Assembly: GCF_009914755.1 (NCBI RefSeq)
Contig: NC_060929.1
From: the human T2T-CHM13v2.0 reference genome, Homo sapiens
DNA length: 64,000 bases
Reading direction: 5' to 3' (one strand)
The notes under the pieces were generated by a model that worked only from the letters and a program-made list of their open reading frames with translations, was not told the origin of the DNA and did no database searches. The first letter of the stretch is position 1. Every line of letters starts with the position of its first letter. Positions 40,144 to 53,565 of the stretch are shown here, piece by piece. A program made the position numbers and the translations under genes.

Positions 40144-41263
40144 CACAGTCATCTACTCAAACCCTAAAGGTGGGAAGAATAACGACGGCTGGGCACTATG
40201 AAGGGAGGTGTGCAGTGCTACAGGTTCATATCAGAGGGTCTTTCCTGGCCAGGAGACTCAGAGACCTGCCTCTGAGGAAGCCACACTTGCATTGGGAGAG
40301 AAGCAAAGCCTGTGGGCAAATAGGCAGAGGAGCTTGGGAGCAGGAGGCCCTGGGAACCCGAGGGGGGCAGGTGATCTGTCCGCATGCAGGCTATGGACAT
40401 GATTAGTGGCATGAAATCCAGGCCTTGACTCTAATGGTTAGATTTGCCCATCAGCAAAAATCTTCCCAGAGGCAATCCTATGAGGATAAGATCTGTAAAT
40501 ACAGGGCTGATGAGATTAAGGCAACTCCTCAAAATCTCATCAGGAAGCAAGTGATGCAGATGGAACTAATAAAAGATTAAATGCAATCTTGAAACCTGTA
40601 ATGCATAATGCTGTAATTGCGGAGGCCTTTGGAGAATGATAGGAATATTTTAAACAAAGGAAGGAGAGGGAGGAGTGCATTCATGCCCTTCAGCACTGTC
40701 TGGGAGGATGGATGTCCCAATTTTAGAGGTCCCCTCCCAGGTCTTTTTCTGGAAATAGCCCCAGAGTCGAAAAGAACAATGCATCTTGCTACCACAGCAC
40801 ATCGGAAGCATCCCTTCAGAATATCCACTTCTCTTTGCTCCAATTTTATGCTCACTAAGCAACCTTCTGAGTTGTAATTTGGTGTTCTGACTAGGTGATT
40901 TTTTTTCCAGGCCCTGAGCCAGGACTATTCTGGGGGCCTGCGTTCAGGCTGTGCAGGGACAAGGCAGATATGAGAAGGCCAGGCTCTGACACCAGGCAGC
41001 ACCACATGAGCCAGAAAAAAAGGGGGGGTTCAAGACTGGGTCAGCTCAGAAGAGCAGGGGAGTGCAATGTCCCTAGAAGACGGGTCCCTCCAGCCTGGCA
41101 GGCAGCACTGGGAGGCTCGGCTGAGCGGCCGATCCATCTTGGGCACGTGTACATGTTCCATGTGTCTTGAGAGAGCAGGCAGAGGAACCCCAGGAGAGGG
41201 GAAACCTGATAGAAGGCAAGGCCAATGTCTTCAGTCAAGAAGGATGTGGCTGTTGCAGGGCCC

Positions 41264-41401
41264 ATAGGAATGAGATCATGTAGCATTTGTCCTTCTCGTT
41301 TCTTCTTGCACTTGGCATAACATCCTCCAGGGCCATCTACGTTGTTGGATGGAGGATTTTCTTCCTTTTTAAAGCAAAGAGGTAGATCTAGAGTGTTCTC
41401 A

Positions 41402-41460
<59 letters not shown>

Positions 41461-41610
41461 CAAAAGTAACTGTGATGTAATGGACATGTCAATTAGCTTA
41501 ATTGTGGTGATGTTTTGTAATGTACACATATATCAAAACATCAAGTTGTACACCCTAAATATACACAATTCCTATTTCTTAATTATAACTCAGTAAAGAA
41601 GAAAATAAAA
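41264..41610 (+). mobile_element. L1MA8/9-type 3' end with 5' inversion; internal (CA)n(GA)n
   Basis: Antisense TGAGATCATGTAGCATTTGTCC...CCTTTTTAAAGC, then sense AGAGGTAGATCTAGAGTGTTCTCACCAC...AACATCAAGTTGTACACC; TSD AAGGATGTGGC. Confidence 0.82.
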
Positions 41611-42344
41611 GGATGTGGCCAGTGTGTAGCTGGCCCAGAAGGCAACATTGGTCTCTGCCCAGCCCTGTGATACACCTTTGAGGCTGACTCTGTGACACCC
41701 CATCCCCCACCGCCAAAGCCTCTCCACCTTTGGTAACCGGAGTATCTGGCCCTGACGCTTGGTATAGACGTGTTTCTTACTTAAAGTTCAGTTAGTGGTG
41801 GACACCCATTGAGGATTCGATGAAGAAAGGTGAAAAGTGATTTTGGATTATATTTCTCTGCAGGTTTTCTTGTTTTCCCTTAAGCCAAGGCCCACTGATG
41901 TTCACAGTAAGTACACAGGTTGGAAAATATATCATAAATCAGGACAAATTGAGAACTATCCTACAAGACCCAGCCAGAAGACTATCTGATTTACTGAACT
42001 TCTTGTCCAATGTTAGAGAAGGTAGTTGTGTCAATTAGTAATATGGTAAATTTAAAATTTGTGGTCACAAACTTGGAAACTCAAAAATGGATGGTTCTAA
42101 CTCTATAATGGAATTCAGTGGAATTTACACTCTGTTTAGAGCTCTTCATTTACCCAATTCCATGCATCTCATTCAGCCCCATGTCCGTCCTTCCCATGTG
42201 ATTGACACATTTAGGGAAATTACAAATCATGGTGTCATGGAAGGGGAATGCTTTAGTATGAATATTTTGGGTCCTGGCCAACATCCATGGTGAGAAATTG
42301 ATTCTACCTGTTCCCTCTTCACCAATGGCAGAAGCATTCTCAAG

Positions 42345-42993
42345 TGCTCCTAGGACCTCTGATGCTCTCTCCTGGGGGCGCTAAAATCCTCTGATGCTCC
42401 TTCCTGGGGGTTCCCACATCCTCTGATTCTCCCTCCCGGGGACTCCCACATCATTTGTCCTCCCTCTTGGGGGCCCCACATCCTCTGATGCTCCCTCCTG
42501 GGGGCCCCACATCATTTGTCCTCCCTCTTGGGTGCTCCCACATCCTCTGATGCTCCCTCCTGGGGGCCCCACATCCTCTGATGCTCCCTCCTGGGGGCCC
42601 CACATCATTTGTCCTCACTCTTGGGTGCTCCCACATCCTTTGATGCTCCCTCCTGGGGGACCCACATCCTCTGATGCTCCCTCCTGGGGGCCCCACATCC
42701 TCTGATGCTCACTCCTGGGGGCCCCACATCCTCTGATGCTCCCTCCTGGGGGCCCCACATCCTCTGATGCTCACTCCTGGGGGTTCCACATCCTCTGATG
42801 CTCCCTTCTGGGGGTTTGACATACTCTGATACTCCCTCCTAGGTGCTCCCATATCCTTTGTTCCTCCTCTGTGGCTGCTCTCACATCCTCTAGTGCTCTT
42901 TTGTGGATGCTTCAGGACCTCTGGTTCTCCCTCATGGGTGTTCCCACATCCTCGGGTGCTCCCACATCTTCTAATGCTCCTTTGTGGGTGCTC
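42345..42993. repeat. 31-bp minisatellite, ~20 units (CCCACATCCTCTGATGCTCCCTCCTGGGGGC)
   Basis: Homogeneous core ~42470-42820, degenerate flanks, variant unit CCCACATCATTTGTCCTCCCTCTTGGG. Confidence 0.97.
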
Positions 42994-43237
42994 TCAGTAG
43001 CTATTCTCCATCAGCCCCTGTGTCTTTCGTGGGGCAGATGTTGTTCGTGAACTTTCAGGAGCTCCTCTGTGCTCAATTCTGAGATCATGAGAGCCAGGAT
43101 GGGGGGTGCGGGGAATGCTGTCCCCCGCTCTGCTGAAACCACCTTGTCCAATGGGGGTTGCCCCATATCGATGTGGGAACTGGGCAGTCATTTCCCCCTG
43201 CTTTCCCCCTGAGCTCTCTCAGGGGTCCCCTTCAGGG

Positions 43238-43459
43238 AGAGATGAAGCTACAAGCTGGGGACCACCAGGGTTGCCAGGAGCCACCAGCAGCTGGAGGAGA
43301 CGAGGAAGGATCCTCCTCTGGAGGCTTTGGAGGGGGCACAACCTTGCTGGCACCTTGACTTCAGACCTCTGGCTTCCAGAATTGTGAGCAAATAAATTTC
43401 TGATGTTTACGTCCTGCAGTTTGTAGTAATTCAATGTGACAGCCCAGGAAACTAATATA
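43238..43459 (+). mobile_element. MLT1C/D 3' half
   Basis: CCACCAGCAGCTGGAGGAG...CACCTTGACTTCAGACCTCTGGCTTCCAGAATTGTGAG...GGAAACTAATATA. Confidence 0.85.
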
Positions 43460-43959
43460 AGTATATGGTGGTCACCTTTCCCATTCCTCTCAACAGACTT
43501 CTGATGTTCAGACATCTCACCCCTCCTCCTCTCTGAAAGTAACAAAAGATAAAATGAATAAGAATGGAAATGGAACCTCTGTAGAGAATGACCCGAGTTT
43601 CATGAAGAAGAGCAGCTTAGGTTGAGCAAGCCAACCTGGAGGAGGGGACACCAGCCCTTGCAGACCTATGACATGGTCAGCAAAGCCAAGGATGTCAGGA
43701 GGGACCACTCCTGGATGAAGGGGTGAGCAGGAGCGTGGATGGGCTGCAGAGCCCCCAGAGTCCCCAGCCCTTTGTGCTGGCCTAAAGTGCAAAAGGAAGT
43801 CAGCTGATCCAGGAGACAGGCAGGGACACCCCTTTTGTTCCAGTTCTCCTGCCTTCTGGTTTCTTCTCATAGAGATTATCTCCTGTTTGTATGTGGGTCC
43901 ACAGACCCTGGAATACAGCCTGATGCAGAGTAGGTGCTCAGCGAAAGCTATGAAATGAA

Positions 43960-44285
43960 CAGATGGCAAGAAAATTCCTCAGGAAGGAAGGGGCTTCATG
44001 AAAATGTCCTCTATGGAGCAAATATTTAAAATTAAGATAAAAGAAGAGCTCAAGATAAATATCATAAAACAACAGCGGGAGTTGGAAAAAATGAAGAAGA
44101 GCCAAATAGTAGCAGAGAAGCTGCCCCAGCTATGGAAAAGGAAGTCCCCACAAACAGATAGATGGGCACTGCTGGAAATACACTCAGAGACTGAGAGAGT
44201 TTTAAAAGAAAGAAAAGTGAGGTGGAAAGGACTAAATGTTAAAAGATGGCAAGAGTATACCAAAGATTGAAGACAAAGAAAATTC
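43960..44285 (+). mobile_element. Degenerate L1/HAL1 ORF1-like fragment
   Basis: A-rich, coiled-coil-like translation (IKEELKINIIKQQRELEKMKKSQ); ACAGATAGATGGGCACTGCTGGAA. Confidence 0.45.
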
Positions 44286-47169
44286 ATTCCTCTTAATTGC
44301 CAAACTCAAAACTCCACCTCTATCCATATGTGCTCGGTCCCTCTTAATTGCTTCCTCTTCTGGGGAAACAAACGTAACCATGAGTGGACGCCCTAAGCTC
44401 CCAGGCCCTGCCCATCGCGTGTTCTCCTCCTGTTGGGAGTGGACACCCCTCCTGGCCACCCATCCCCACCTTCCTCCTGCTCCTGCTGAGCTGGACCTCA
44501 GCCTCTCCCACCATCGACTCCACTCCCGGGGGTGGCCAGTGCTGGCCAGCTATGGTGCACTTTGATTTCCCACAAATGTCCTGCCCCTCATGTGTCCGTG
44601 GACTGTGCCAGAGAATGAGGTGGGGGAGCAAAGGCCAGGGCTCAGGATGGGGGAGTCAAAGCCCAGGATGGAAACAGGTGGGTGAACAGGAATTTTTTTC
44701 ACAACAAGGACACATCCAGGGAAGGGAGTCAGGGCCAGCAGCAAGGCTGCTGTGATGTGGCCTCTGGAGATTAGGATGGGGCATCCCCTTATCTCTCCTG
44801 TGAAAGGGGCCATATTGGCCTCAGAGCCTGGACAAGCTCGAGCCTACAGGTCAGGATTAATGGGGGTCTTGTCAGTGTATCCTACAACATTCTGGCTTGT
44901 AACTCAGTCCCCCTGCATAGGACATGTTTAATCAATGAACCAAAAACTGGGTGATGGGCTAGGGAGCAGGAGGGGACATCTTCAGTGGTGACTTTCCTCC
45001 ACTGTGCATTGGGAGTTGCTGCCATCTCCTCAGTGGCCTGGAGTCCCTGTCCCCACGGACACATCAGCAAAGGGTCCTGTACCTTGGCCTGGAGCCTCCT
45101 GAGAAATAAAGACCAAACGGAAGCCTCGCCTTTTCTTCCACTCTGGAGAAGCTTTTGAGACCCCCAGGAGGGCCTTGGGCTCTAAATTCATTAACTCTGA
45201 AAGGGGCCCCAGATCCTAACCCTAATTCCTGCCTCCTGGCCCAAAGGGCCCTTCTGATGCCTTAAGTATGTGGGATCCTGATCCCAAGTACAGTATCTCC
45301 CTAAATAAAAGAGCTAATCTACCTTAAAAAGGTTGGCAACTAAGCTGTGCAAGCTTGGAATAGAGATATGCCTCTCCTCCCTCTTACACATGTTTGCCCA
45401 TCTCCTTGGAGAGGCATGTTGGTTTTGAAAATGTTTGCACTGAGGTCTGTGGGCTGCAGCAAGGCACAGTGCAAGGTGCACACCACTTTCCTCTTGGAGC
45501 TCAAAATAGTCAGATACAAGTCTCTCTGTCAGGAAGACTGGCTGCCCTGCCTTCCTCGACCCAGAAAGGGACCATGGCCCAGTAGGCACCTTAGCACCAC
45601 CCCTGGGTCTGCACTTCTCTCTAACTGCCACTTCTGGGAAAATCTGCCACCCGCTACAGCAGCGGAGACAGGAGATTGGTAAACCAAACCCTGGCATCCC
45701 GTGCTTTCAACCCAGATCCCCAGCAAATGTATCCTCTGATAGACAGCTCATTAGTGTCCCCTCCCCTCCCACTCCCCAATCCCCAGGCACATGGAGTCCA
45801 AACACCGACCTGCTATGTAGCTAGAAGAAGGAGGAGGAGGAGGAACAGGATGGGGGAGAAGAAGAGGAGGAGGAGGAGACAAGAGTGAGTAGACAGCTTA
45901 GTTTAAAATAATGAAACCACCTAGAGCCCTTTGATTGGTCAGGACTAAGCTATCTCAATATGCAGTAGGAAGCTATGCTTGATCAAATGGTATGAAAAAT
46001 GGCTCAGCAGCATCTGCAAGGTGGAGCCCTCAGCAATCACAGTTATGGGCTTGCCCAGCCCTCTGCTGACGTGGGCAGCCACTTTCTTAGATTAAAATGT
46101 GCTGGTCTGTGGAGAGCAACTGGGTGGGCAGTAACACTGAAGCCTGGCTCTTTTGAATTCTCTGTCCATCCTCCCCTTCTGATTGTGACTCACATACAGA
46201 AGTGTGTGGCGAAACAGGCAAAATGCAAGACTGGCACTTTCACGTTTATCTAGAGGCTTTGCATTGGGAGCTTGGCAACTCCATCCTGTGACCCAAGCCA
46301 GGGAGCTGTCTAGCCCTGGGAAAGTGGCTGAAGGCTGCATTCTCCTCACCTACTCCAGGATGCTGTGGCATGCCTCTCTAAGCCCAAGGAGAAACAGTGT
46401 GTGCAGTGGTGAAGTCATCACTATACTATTATTGTCCTAAACTTACAACCTCTTGATTTATTCCTCCCGCATTCATAGAAAGAATAGAGCAATTTCAATA
46501 TTGCTATAAATTCTTCTGCTCTCATAGAAGGGTTTAATCAAGCCACTTCCATCTGTTCTTTCTCCCAAGATGGCAACAAAATCATTTTCTGCCTATAAGA
46601 AATAACTTTGGAGGAAAGTCCTGGATACATTCAAAATACACCAGAAAGTTCTCAAAGTTAGATTTGTTAGTTTCTGAGATTGTGAGCTGTTCTGAATCCT
46701 GCAGTCCTGGCAGAGGGGACCAAATGCTCACCAAGAACCTGAGACTCTCCACACTTCACCAAGCCCGGAGTGCACTCTGCACCAGATTTGATAACTGGCC
46801 TCTGGAGAGGGCAGGGTGGGAAGGAATCAGCCCAGGCACTGTAGGCGTTCTGGGGGAACGTTGCTCCATCAAAGAACTGTGGGTGCATGGGGAAAAGTGC
46901 TTCTCCTAGAGCTCTCCATCGCAGTCCAGTGAGATGCTCTGAGCAAGGAGTCTGCCTGTGGAGCCCCTCACACCACACCTTCTCTCTCACTCTTGACACC
47001 CACAGCGCAGTCAGCACACAATGGCTCTGACATAGGGATAGGGAGGCGGACCTTGGTAAACATACTTCCTTTGGAATTGCATCGCTGTTCTAGACTCAAG
47101 GGAGGCCCTGTGTGTGTCTGGATCAAAGCTTATCTTCCTCTAAGACTCCTGTATTTCCTTTTCTATTTA

Positions 47170-47868
<699 letters not shown>

Positions 47869-49428
47869 CATCTAAATGTTACTTATCTAAACAACAATAC
47901 TTTTCTGGCCAGTGGATGTCAGACAGGAGATGGAACCTGAGCGATCACCTTGGTGCTGAAATGCCTGCTCCACCCTCAACACTCAATGCACACTGGCAGA
48001 GAACGGCAAGATGCTGGACACACACACAAAGCAAACACCTCTCGGTATAAAGTGAAGGTTCCAGGAATGAGCTGTCTGCCCGTCTCTCCCTGTGTTTCCT
48101 GCCGGCTGCATCACCGGATGTTGGCGGGTATGGAATTGGGAAGGAATGAAAGCGGGGAGGGGATCAGGGCATTGGCAGGACAGGGAAGCAGTGTTCCTTC
48201 TTTACTTAGAATGTTCTTTTTTGAGCCAAACCAAAGATGAAAACTTTCTCAGCTCCTGGAGTCCCAAGAGACAAAAATAAAATATTCTAAAGCTGGTCTG
48301 TGTCTTCCTTTAGTTACCCAGAACCCACGGGGCCACCTGTGACAGATGGTGGCATTGATCCAGGGTGTAATTGATCAGGTTTGGCAAGAGCAGTAGAAGA
48401 AACTGGGATGCTGACAGAAGAGAAGCTTAGATGATTTGCATATACTGCTCTTCCATCATATAGAAGACAAAAGTGAGCCCCCAGTGATTGGGCTCCAGGT
48501 GTCTCTTGTTGGGACCCTATGTGGTCTGCTCCTTGCTGGATAACTGCAGTTGCATGGCAGCCCTGCTTCACAAAAATCCAGGGTAAATTGCATTCCTCCT
48601 ACACGTCATCACACAGAAATACAACCTAAGTAAGCACACATTTTCTAAAACCCTAAAGAGGGCTCAGACCTTCTGGATAAGCAACTAATCCTGAGAATGT
48701 CACTCACTCTGCTTATTGATAGCCAGTGATTGCCAAGTTTTCTGCCTCCAGAATGGATCAATTCCAGCTGTCTCATGTGTGAGTGCCTTTGCTGACAGTG
48801 CTTTTTGTATTAACTAATACATCCTTGGAAAGGGTCCCAAGTGGGAGAAAGAGCATCACACTGACGTGCACCCTCTTAAAATAAATAATCATCAGGAGAG
48901 GATTTCATATTAACAATCTGAAAACTCACAGTTTTCAATAGTGTTTCTTCAGTATTCAGGGTCGCTCCTTTTTTCCTTCTTTTATTTTTCCTTCTTCTTT
49001 TTTTTATTTTATTTATTTATTTATTGTACAACAAAGTGTCTCACAGATTCTCTATTGCTTAGAGGGAGAAAACATGGCCCTTTTAACACACTGATTTCTT
49101 TCATGGCTGTGCAATTTCTTTGCAGTTTATGAATAATTTTTGTCCACAGGGTTTGCAGCAAATATTAGTTACAGTGTAATCAGATGGATAGAGCCAGGGT
49201 TAGAAAAACAAATCCTTTCAATTATTTTCACAGCTTCATCACAGACCTTGTGATTTTTCAGCAATCTGTGAGCCTGTATGTCTAAAGGTCAAACTATTCT
49301 GAAGCAAAGAAATAGGAAATTCACAAATTCAGAAACTGTTTATGCATTATAGTTGCCTCCCAAATCTAATTGCAGGACTAGATGACTTCTTCCCAAATGC
49401 ACACAGTCCTTACTTTTTTAATGTGTGG

Positions 49429-49808
49429 TGTATTCCTCAGCTCAGGCTGCCATAACGAATACCGTAGACTGGATAGCTTCGACAAGAGAAATGCATTTCC
49501 TCCGAGTTCAGGGGGCTGGAAGTCTAAGGTCAGGGTGCCAGCGTGGTCAGGTTTTGGGGAGGTTCTTGCAGACAGCCACCTTCTCTCTATGACCCTGCAT
49601 GGCTTTCCTCCAAGTCTGTGCAGGGAGAGTGCAAAAGATCTCTCTCTCTTCCTCTGCTTATAAGGCCACTAATCCCTGTGGATTGGGACCCCACCCTTAT
49701 GCCCTCATTTAACTTTAATTACCCTAAAAACTGTATATCCAAATATAGTCAATTTGGAGTTAGGCCTTCAAAATATGAATTTGGGAGGACACAAGTCAGT
49801 CCGTAGCA
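49429..49808 (-). mobile_element. MLT1B MaLR LTR
   Basis: GGCTGCCATAACGAATACC...GGCTGGAAGTCTAAGGTCAGGGTGCC...TATGAATTTGGGAGGACACAAGTCAGTCCGTAGCA. Confidence 0.88.
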
Positions 49809-50845
49809 AATGGCCACTTCATGTAACGTCTAGTGCTTTGAGCTGAGTAACTTAAAGCACTGGGCATTATATAACATATAAGCATGTATGTATCTGGAAG
49901 GGATGAGAATATAATAGTCATTTGATGGGAATTCCATGGAGAAGGAGTTGGAGTATCATGTGGCATCGTGGAGGCACATAGCAGAAGGCATTGAGCAGAC
50001 CTTCAGGAATCAATAGGATTGCAGCAGGCAGGATGGGGGTGGGGTGGGTACCCAGAGCTGTGAGAAAGTGCAGCATCACCATGAGTGAGAGAAGTTCACA
50101 GGGAGCACACATGCCCTTGAGTGCTGAGCTAAGGACCTGGAAAAGAACCACTGTGAATTCTGCAGCTATGGAAACCCTGGGGCTGCCTGTGGTCAGAGAG
50201 GGGCTTCAAGATCAGTGATTTTCCAGCAGCTGGGAGAATGGACTGGAACAGATACCCCCTGAACCGTTCTGACAGCCCAGATTAGAAGGGGGAAGGTGGA
50301 GGAAAGGCACAGACAATTCAGAAGAAGAAAAAAAAGCGGTATGTGTGAACCACTTCTTTTTTAAATTGAAAATGAAAATAGCTTTATGGAGGTGTCCAAT
50401 GGGGATAGAAATGTATCCCCTTAAAATCAGGTTACCTAATCCATGGAAGGGCAGAATATCACAGAGAAAATTAAAATGGGTTTTAATCATGGAAAGTAAA
50501 CATCTGAGCATATTTGACAAGTCTCAGCACAGAGCCAGCTTTCTCCAAGCTAAGCCTGATAGAGGATCTGGTGTCTTCCCTGGTCCCTCACCCATCTGGC
50601 CCATCCCAGACTGAGAGAAGCACCTGCAGCTGCCCCTGCCAGGGACTCCCTGCTTCACGTGAAACCACCTGGCTCTCAGCACTGCAGGGCTTGGACGCGC
50701 TAGCTTTCTGACACACAGGGAGTCAGCAGATGTACTACCAATGCTCACAATTATTTCCAAACAAGCCTGCAGGCAAGGACTCTCAATAACTACGGGCCAT
50801 CATAGGAAAGGAAATCTGCCCATACAAAACCAACACAGGTGCACC

Positions 50846-51570
50846 AATCTCACAGTGGAAGCACAGTCTCGCAGTGGGAGCACAGTCTCTCAGTAGGAAC
50901 ACAGTCTTGCAGTGGGAGCACTATTTGACAGTTGGAGCACAGTCTCACAGTGGGAACAGTCTCACAATGGGAGCACTATTTCACAGTAGGAGCACAGTCT
51001 CGCAGTGGGAGCACAGTCTCGCAGTGGGAGCACTATTTCACAGTAGGAGCACTATTTCACAGTAGGAGCACAGTCTCGTGGTGGGAGCACAGTCTCGCGG
51101 TGGGAGCACACTCTCATGGTGGGAGTGCTATCTTGCAGTGGGAGCGCTATCTCACAAGTGGGAGCGCTATCTTGCAAGTGGGAGCAATATCTCACAGTGG
51201 GAGCACAGTCTTGCGGTGGGAGCGCAGTCTCGCGGTGGGAGCGCTGTCTCGCGGTGGGAGTGCTGTCTCGCGGTGGGAGCCCTATCTCACAGTGGGAGCG
51301 CTATCTCGTCATAGTGGGAGCACTATCTCATCATAGTGGGAGCACATTCTCACAGTGGGAGTGCTCTCTCACAGTGTGAGCACTATCTCGTCATAGTGGG
51401 AGCACATTCTCACAGTGGGAGCGCTCTCTCACAGTGTGAGCACTATCTCGTCATAGTGGGAGCACTATCTCAGAGTGGGAGCACATTCTCACAGTGGCAG
51501 CACAGTCTCACAGTGGCAGCACAGTCTCACAGTGGGAGTATTATCTTGCAGTAGAAGCACACTGAGCACA
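50846..51570. repeat. 19-bp minisatellite, ~35-38 units (GCACAGTCTCACAGTGGGA)
   Basis: Tandem 19-22 bp units; CpG-rich variants in the centre; 60-bp higher-order duplication at ~51337-51456. Confidence 0.97.
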
Positions 51571-52859
51571 CTGTGTAGCTGTTCACAGTTGTTTCCTCAC
51601 CCTGACTCCCCACGCCAAACCCCCAGAACCGGTTCACACTCACCAAGAGATCTTTATTTTAACTTGAAGAATCCTTCATTTACTTAGAAATAGAAAGGCC
51701 CCTTCAGGGATACACCAGGAGGCCTATCATATCTGTAATGGGTGGAGCAGAGAGATTGGAATGGCCTTGAAGAGCAGAAGCTCCCAGGCTGGGTCCTGCT
51801 AGAACCTGCTCAGCGCGTCTCCAGGAGCAGCACACACAGCATGCCAGTCAGGACGGGTGTGGGAAAGATGGCAGAGAAGAAGAGGCAGCCAGAGAGAAGC
51901 CAGCCGTTCAATGAAAGTCCTAACTGGTGGTTTGGCCCTCCCTTCCCAGTGGCAAGAGGATGCCTGTTGTAAAATGGATGTGAAGCCTGGCACCATTAAC
52001 CATCCAGCTCAACCAGCTTTAAATCCTAGGCCCTACAAATGAACTTCAAATTTTCAGCTTCCCACAGAGGATCTCACCACCTTCAAACCACCCAGGCTCT
52101 GTGCCAGCCATACTGGAGTTTTCACTGTAAATTAAGTACATGGGCCTTCTGGTATTATACATCAGTATTTCTAGCTTAGCTAATGCGAATCTACCTCTAA
52201 AATATGGAGACACTCTCAGAGTGCTAACCAAGCTAGCTGTCCGATCCTGGCAGGCTTCTTGGCAAACTGAATACCTGGCCAGGAGAAAGGCCAGGTGACT
52301 GTGTCCCCACTTGGCTGCAGGGATGAGAGCAGTGTGATTTCTGATTTCTCCTTGAGATGCCCCACATAGTTCTGCTCCTGGGCTTCAAAAAAGATGATAT
52401 CTAGTGAATGATTCCTCCAGCATTTGGATGGGAAATGGGCCAAGGGCTCTTCTCCCTACTGAGCTCTTTTCTACCCACTGAAACATCCCCCAGCCAAAAC
52501 TGCACCAGAAAGCCCAAGATTCTGGAGATGCCATCCTGGAGAAGGTATTCAAAGGAGTAGGAGACTTCTCAAAGGCTAAACAAAACTTCCAACTTATCTC
52601 TGCCAGAGTAGGGTACATCAAATGGCCAAATCCACCGCTTTGCAGTCTCCCAGTAAGAGGCAGATCCTCTGAAACAATCATAGGCACAGATCCTTGCATT
52701 TTTTAGAAGTCACAGAATTAAGATTTTTCTGCATCTCGATGATTCAGACACTTTAGAATTTGATATTGGCATAGAAACTAGGAATCATAAAATAAATTTT
52801 TAAAAAATTGTCATTTAATAAACATATTATGTGTCAACCAGAGCATAAAGAAACAGGCA

Positions 52860-53200
52860 AACAAATAGGAGTGTAAATGTTTGCATGATACATAGGGAAC
52901 AATTTAGCAATAGCTGTTAACTATTGAAAACATTTGCTTTTGGGTCTAGCCATCTTACCTCTAGGAATTTTTTGAGATATTTTCAAGGTTCACAAAGAAA
53001 CAATAGACCATTTTAGCATAGTTTATCATGATAAAAAACACAAATGTGCAATAATCAAGTTTGGTGCATCCATGCAATGGAATATTATTAATAAATGTCC
53101 TGTATACTGACATGAAAACCTATCCAAGGGGAATTAAGTGAATAAATGCAAGTTGAGCAAACAATGTGCATCATTCGCATATGTTGGTAGAAGCATGAAA
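52860..53200 (+). mobile_element. L1ME 3' fragment
   Basis: CAATTTAGCAATAGCT, CCTCTAGGAATTT, CATCCATGCAATGGAATATTAT. Confidence 0.65.
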
Positions 53201-53327
53201 TGTTCTGGTTTGATTCACTATTCAAAGAGGTTGTCTCTGAGGACTGGCACTACAGGGCATTCCTTTCTAGAGAACATATTGGTGTGCATGGAGGTTAGGA
53301 GAACAGACTCACCCCAGCAACACCATA

Positions 53328-53470
53328 TTTTGACCTTGGGCAATGCCAGGGTCTGGGTCTACCTGAGCACAGCCCTACTTCACAGAGTGCAGCAGGGCTC
53401 ACATGAACTCACATACATGAGGCACATAAAATAGTGCCTGGTACATAGTAAACATTGTATGAGTGCTCTT
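53328..53470 (+). mobile_element. MIR fragment
   Basis: TGACCTTGGGCAA...CCTACTTCACAGAG...AGTGCCTGGTACATAGTAA. Confidence 0.7.
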
Positions 53471-53565
53471 ATCTTGACCACTGCTATTGAGCCCCCACAT
53501 GAAGGTTTTTGCAATCATAACCACCTTGGTGTTCTTATGCCATTTAAAAAAAAATAAGACTTCAG

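Noticed and set aside
43998-44270. 90-aa Lys/Glu-rich ATG ORF
   Set aside because: Composition fits a decayed L1/HAL1 ORF1 fragment; no splice or promoter support.
45900-46200. CCAAT, TGACGT and TGACTCA motifs as a promoter
   Set aside because: No CpG island, TSS context or downstream exon; short motifs are expected by chance.
50821-50857. Nonamer-like ACAAAACC near a CACAGTG heptamer as a functional RSS
   Set aside because: It lies upstream of the heptamer, the wrong side for an RSS, and no V/D/J segments are present.
50846-51570. CRISPR-like array or repeat-protein ORFs
   Set aside because: Contiguous tandem units with no unique spacers or cas genes, in primate DNA; the ORFs are repeat translations.
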